Positions 59,701-64,000 of a stretch of DNA of 64,000 nucleotides are shown one piece after another. Source of the DNA: Sminthopsis crassicaudata. Lineage: Eukaryota. Location of the stretch: NCBI RefSeq assembly GCF_048593235.1, contig NC_133620.1:464223261-464287260 (forward strand), read 5' to 3'. Made by a program: the position numbers and the translations under genes. How positions within the stretch are numbered: position 1 is the first letter of the stretch; every line of letters begins with the position of its first letter. Below the pieces are notes generated by a model. It was given only the letters and a program-made list of their open reading frames with translations. It was not told the DNA's origin and searched no databases.

Positions 59701-61196
59701 TTATCAAATTATGGATTTTTGTTGTGAATCACTCTACTTCAAATTTTATTTCTTAAAATAGTAAATAATGGGATTGATGGTTTGAATTTTGGAAATTTTC
59801 TGCTATTGCTAAATATATAATCCCTGTAGTAGAGAGGCAGTTTTCTTGACTTAAGATGACATTTTATCTTTAAACTTGTCATTTTGTTCTTCCATGTCAG
59901 CTGATAATGTTCTACAGATGATATTAGGGTCTGTGTGGAGAATAACAAATTACAGGAAAAATAGGGATGTGGTTGCTCTTTTCACATAGTTGAAGGATTT
60001 TCATGAAAGGATTGCTATTTGCAATTCCAGAGAGTAGACAACAGAGTATCACAAGTGAGCAGTTGTGGAGAATGGACCTGGATCTCGGTATAGAGAAATA
60101 TTTCCTAATATTTTGAACTGCTTAAAACTGGAATAGACATTCCCTTAGTGAGTTGCCTGTTCATGCAGATATTTGATGACCACTTGCCAGTGATGAGGTA
60201 TAACCAAATGTTGAAGTCTATACCTAAATGAAATTAGGATTAATTGAAGCCTAGTGGCAGGTTTGGGGTAAAGGGAGTCAAATAGAGCTTCCCTGCAACC
60301 CCTTTGGATTCGGCGCAAGGATACAAAGTTAAATGAGGTCTAGTGGCGGTGAGAGTCCCCTGTAAATGAATTTACAGGCCCAAAAACCTAGATTGATAAA
60401 AATAGGTTTATTGTAGGGTTTGGAAGTAAGGTTAAAGTCTGATTAGTAAAAGGTTTTAGATAGTGGCGAACAGAGAGTCTGTGATGCAAAGCATGTTGCT
60501 TGCATGTTTCAACTCTCTGCCCCGAGATGATTCCAGCTTGGCTCTTTTATTTGCTTGAAGGGGCCTAGGATGGAGTTCCAGGTTGATTCCTTGAGGGCTA
60601 GAACCCACCAAGTGGGGATTGGGGAAACCTGAGCAGATCATTAGAATGGGGGCTGGGTACAGCCCAAATTAATTCAGATACGGATCTCTCCCCTTGGAAT
60701 ACAAAAGGGTAGTTTTGACCAAATCTTGTAAATCAAAGGTCAGTCCTAAAAGAAGTTGGAGATCAGAAAAAGAATCTTAAAGGGGCCAGTGCCCCCATCA
60801 CCAGCATTGTAGGTCTTAGGATTAGGGTGAGACTAGATATCTAGTGTCTGAGACCCTTGATCTAAGTCTTTGAGAATAACCTGTGTCTCAGAATCATGAA
60901 ATGAGCCGTTTTTCTCTTTTCAAAATTGCCATGTTGCTCTTGCTCTACATGGTAATCCCGTTTATGCCCCAATAACGAATTTTGTTTTGACTTTCTAGAT
61001 CATCAGCAATGTCCCTGCAGATAGCTTGATTCGCACTGAGCGGCCACCCAACAAAGAGATTCTAAGATACTTTATCCGCCATAATGCTCTCCGTGCCGGC
61101 ACAGGTGAAAATGCACCGTGGGTGGTAGAGGATGAACTGGTGAAGAAGCATGCCCTACCGAGCAAGTTCAATGACTTCTTACTTGATCCATACAAG
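40771..61196 (+). CDS. BAZ1B: BAZ1B (WSTF) 5' part, join(40771-40877,47297-47413,53413-53557,53823-54024,56516-56637,60999-61196); 297 codons including the WAC domain; continues beyond the window
   Basis: MAPLLGRKPFPLVKPLPGEEPLFVIPHTQEAFRTREEYEARLERYSERIWTCKSTGSSQLTHKEAW...KFNDFLLDPYK. Exon sizes 107/117/145/202/122/198 with consistent phases. Confidence 0.97.
40878..47296 (+). other. U12-type (minor spliceosome) GT-AG intron 1 of BAZ1B
   Basis: Donor GTATCCTTT (40878-40886). Branch-like TTTTCCTGAAC (47272-47282) ~15 nt before the AG. No long polypyrimidine tract. Confidence 0.9.
43302..43322 (+). repeat. (AAC)n microsatellite
   Basis: aaaaacaacaacaacaacaacaa. Confidence 0.8.
47297..47413 (+). 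CDS. BAZ1B: BAZ1B coding exon 2
   Basis: EYEARLERYSERIWTCKSTGSSQLTHKEAWEEEQEVAE(L); donor GTAAGT. Confidence 0.96.
49104..49248 (-). mobile_element. Young WSINE1-like SINE
   Basis: Near-consensus copy with polyT; imperfect TSD gata(t/c)ttggaa. Confidence 0.88.
53413..53557 (+). CDS. BAZ1B: BAZ1B coding exon 3
   Basis: LKEEFPAWYEKLVLEMVHHNTISLEKLVDSAWLEIMTKYAVGEECDFE; donor GTGAGT. Confidence 0.96.
53823..54024 (+). CDS. BAZ1B: BAZ1B coding exon 4
   Basis: VGKEKMLKVKIVKIHPLEKVDEE...DEGRKDSI; donor GTATGT. Confidence 0.96.
54305..54410. repeat. AT-rich low-complexity tract
   Basis: Almost pure A/T (ttttaatttaattattaatttattaattatt...). Confidence 0.8.
54480..55000 (-). mobile_element. Older LINE-1 3' fragment
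   Basis: L1-like minus-strand 3' UTR/ORF2 end (ctgctcactttacattagttcatgtgagtcttcccc..., ttccaattctttgcatcacaaaaagagctgc). Bounds approximate. Confidence 0.6.
55316..55458 (-). mobile_element. WSINE1-like SINE
   Basis: polyT followed by gtgtctgaggttaaatttgaactcatgtcctcctgacttcaag...ctagctgtccc. Confidence 0.75.
55620..55805. repeat. AT-rich low-complexity tract
   Basis: Almost pure A/T with (TA)n segments. Confidence 0.8.
56013..56164 (-). mobile_element. Young WSINE1-like SINE
   Basis: Long polyT; perfect 14-bp TSD TAGCCCTTAGATTC (55999-56012, 56165-56178). Confidence 0.9.
56516..56637 (+). CDS. BAZ1B: BAZ1B coding exon 5
   Basis: DRARRSPRKLPTSLKKGEKKWAPPKFLPHKYDVKLQNEEK; AG/GT boundaries. 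Confidence 0.96.
57990..58280 (-). mobile_element. LINE-1 3' UTR fragment
   Basis: Homologous to 32920-33200 (cagtctccatagttctctct...ccattgttgaaaagagc). Bounds approximate. Confidence 0.7.
60191..60800 (-). mobile_element. Solo LTR (ERV1/gamma-like, 610 bp), antisense in BAZ1B intron 5
   Basis: TGATG...CATCA inverted termini. 4-bp TSD CCAG (60187-60190, 60801-60804). Minus-strand ATAAAA TATA-like motif (~60545-60550) and AATAAA (60407-60412) are in promoter-then-polyA order. Confidence 0.8.
60999..61196 (+). CDS. BAZ1B: BAZ1B coding exon 6
   Basis: IISNVPADSLIRTERPPNKEILRYFIRHNALRAGTGENAPWVVEDELVKKHALPSKFNDFLLDPYK; donor GTAAGG. Confidence 0.96.
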
Positions 61197-64000
61197 GTAA
61201 GGATTCTTGGTTGTGGAACAGAGAACATTAAGTCAAGTTCTTGGGAGTAGGGGTAGGGGGAATACAACAGGAGCAGTTACTGCAGCAAGGATGACATTCA
61301 GGCGTCGAAACTTTTGAAACTAATAATACCCCACTGGGAAAAGAGATATTGAGAATTTGTGTCTGGTATTCTGGGGTTAAAGCTAGAAGTTCCCAATGAA
61401 ACATCATTAGTTAGGAAAAATACTTGTTCATTAGGGTTTGTATTTTGTATCAGCATCTGTGAATCTTTTGCTGAAACAAAAGGAAGTTAAATCATTTGTT
61501 CTGTTTATATTGCATTTTTGTAATAAGTCCCTCAGTCTATTTTACAGTCATCATTGGGGTTTTTAAAAGGTTTCCTAAATGTAAAAACTGAATTTATATG
61601 TTGTAGTGATTTGCAAATAAGTTGGTGAAACATTCCTTCATTCAATGCCTTTAGCAACATTTATTGTCTTTTTTCCTCATTCTTGTGCTTTGTGGTTCTA
61701 AAAAACCAATTCTGTGAATCAGACAAAATCACTTATTGGCAGTTCTTCCAAGAGGCAACCGGTATTCAGTGTAAGTTAGGTGAAATTCTCATGTTTTCTA
61801 GAAGCTGAGGTTCCTGGGAATTTTCACTTTTAGGTTTCTTTCAGGTGACTGATGAATTTGTTTTTATGTTTACTTTGCATTCTGAATTTAAGTGATCTGG
61901 ACTGCTTTTTTTCCTTAGGGATTGCAATCATGTAAAAAAATATTTTTCTAGATGTTTTTTAGGTCACTTGCCTTTGTTATAGTTCTTCCTTTCTTGTGCC
62001 CAAATTATATTTTAATTTGAAACTTTCCTGGTAGAGGGATTGAATTTCAAAGCCCAGAACCACATGCTTCCCCACCTTCCTTATAAAGTGCTAGGTTCTC
62101 ACTGCTCCAGCCCCCAGCACTTCTTCGATCCTGACAGATCTAGACTTCCAGGTGACCCTTTGTCCTTTGTGGTCATCATGGAAGTCCTCACATTCTCTTT
62201 GACCCAAAGCAACCCCATTGGTGAGGCCTCTGGAATCACCTTGTCCACTGATGGGCAGGCTTATTTAAAAGTATTTTGAGGGAGGCAGCATTTCAAAGCT
62301 AAGTGTTGGGGGACGCTAAAGGTAGTCTGTGAATGGAGTGTTTGTCTAGGATGAATCCTCTGCTTGTCCTCACCCACCTCCCACCCCCTCAGGTCTTTCT
62401 GGCAGGGCACTTTCTGGAGCTCTGCAGTAGCTGGTTTCTGGTTACATCCTGTTGCCCTCCTAAGCCCCTCTGTCCAGCTGACGTTCCTTTCTCATCTCTG
62501 TCTCTGGAAATACTTTTCTTTAGGACCTAGCTCTGGGCTTGGCTCTTCTGTGTCACCTTCCCAGTTCATCCACCCCGGTCTCTTCATATTTCCTACAGAC
62601 TTGGTATGGAGCTCCATTTAGCACATCACTTTTTACCTTAACCTGGGCAGTACTCTGTTGGTTTTTTTTGCCAGTTTTTGGGGGAATTGTGTTAGGAGAT
62701 GTTAATCTCTAAAAGTTAAGTGTCATGATTTTCTTAGTTTTTTATCTTATTTTTTTCCCGTGAGTTAAACTGTAGAAGAGATGGTACTGGCAACAAAAGT
62801 AATGACCAGTGAATGTCATAAGTTAAATTTCATAAGTGAATCTAGTACTAACAGTGGTTTTATTGATATAATTCATTTAATAAGGACATACTTTAGTTTG
62901 AAGCAAATGCCGGTTATGGCAGGTGAAAGAGGTAGTTGGCTTTTCTTGTTAGTGTGATCCAGATTGCTAAAACATGTGTCTAGATATTAGGGACAGCTTC
63001 TGCTTATATGATGACCATTACTAACAAACCATCAAGTATTTATTAAATACCTGTTGTGTGTCAGGCATGTCAGAGCATCAAGTGCTGGGGCTACAAAGAA
63101 AAGGAACAGTAAAGATATAAGCACTCCATCAATACCTGGAATAAAGAGACAGTACAAAATGGCAAACCACAAGGTCTTTTATGAAGCTTCATGAAAGAGG
63201 AGGGGGCTCTGTGAGAGGGAGGGCACTCCACAGGTTGGGGATAACCAAAGCAAGAGCACTGACCAGTCATCTCCAATGAGTGAACTCTTAGAAATCATGT
63301 CAGAGTCCCAGACTGGGAGAATTGTCAAGGGAGTAAGTTTTGGGGGGGTAGTTTCAATATGTTTATTTTGAAAATGTCTTTAGGACATCCAGCTGAAAAT
63401 GTCCATTAGGCGAGTGGTGGCTTGTGAGTCATCTGTGGAAAGCAAGAATTAAATTTATAGGAACTGAAGAGAGAATCTAGGGAGCCCGGAAAAGAAATAT
63501 GGTGAGCAACCCAAAGGCTTCTGAGACAGATGGGGAAGGAGGGAACCAGGGAAGAGGGAGGTCAAGGAAACCCACAGAGGAGGGAGAAGATTCAGGAAGA
63601 GAAGGGTATTTGGGAAGGACATGGATGGGGAAGAGGCCAACCAGCAACCACTGAAACCCCGACTCCCAGAAAAACCAAAGCCTCTGCCCTAAGGGAGCCT
63701 GCATTGTAGTTGGGGTATAGGTGGTAAGAACTAGCATCTGAAAAGCCTCCTTCACTGTGGGGTTTGAATTGACTCCTGAAGGAAGTTAGAGGGGAAGGAA
63801 GTTAGAAGGGGGGAGAAGGAGTATTCTGGGCACAAGTGCAAGATAGGAGGACAGAAGTGAAGGAGGTGCTGAGGCGGTTAATAGTTTTAAATGACAAACA
63901 GAAGAGTTTTTAATTTGATCCTGGATATGTTAGGGTGCAATGGAGTGTGTGTGGGGGGTTGATGCAGCTATTTCTGTTCTTTGGGAAAACCACCTTAGCA

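Noticed and set aside
62110-62190. Peptide GDPLSFVVIMEVL resembling the non-LTR RT motif (QG.PLSP.LF....EVL)
   Set aside because: Short, gapped match with no flanking RT motifs; indistinguishable from chance without a search.

Overview
Mammalian genomic DNA, most likely an Australian (dasyurid-like) marsupial, inferred from WSINE1/MAR1-type SINEs, an RTE LINE relic and marsupial-type L1 3' ends. Two host genes of the Williams-Beuren syntenic block lie on the + strand. BCL7B is complete (6 coding exons, 21095-29189, 202 aa). BAZ1B/WSTF is represented by its first 6 coding exons (40771-61196, 297 codons), and its intron 1 is a U12-type minor intron. Both genes have CpG-island promoters. The rest is mostly old L1/L2/L3/MIR/MAR1 repeats plus an antisense solo LTR (60191-60800). 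The standout feature is a young 3.5-kb betaretrovirus-like element (7170-10688): 470-bp LTRs differing at only 3 positions, a GTTCTG target-site duplication and an intact 607-aa Gag, but no pro, RT, RNase H or env, only a decayed integrase C-terminal stub. It has two tandem primer-binding sites for different lysine tRNAs (Lys1,2 and Lys3). It also keeps an intact gag-pro -1 frameshift signal that now leads to a 20-residue dead end. I infer a gag-only, non-autonomous element mobilised in trans. All family assignments are from recognition by eye; no database search was run.
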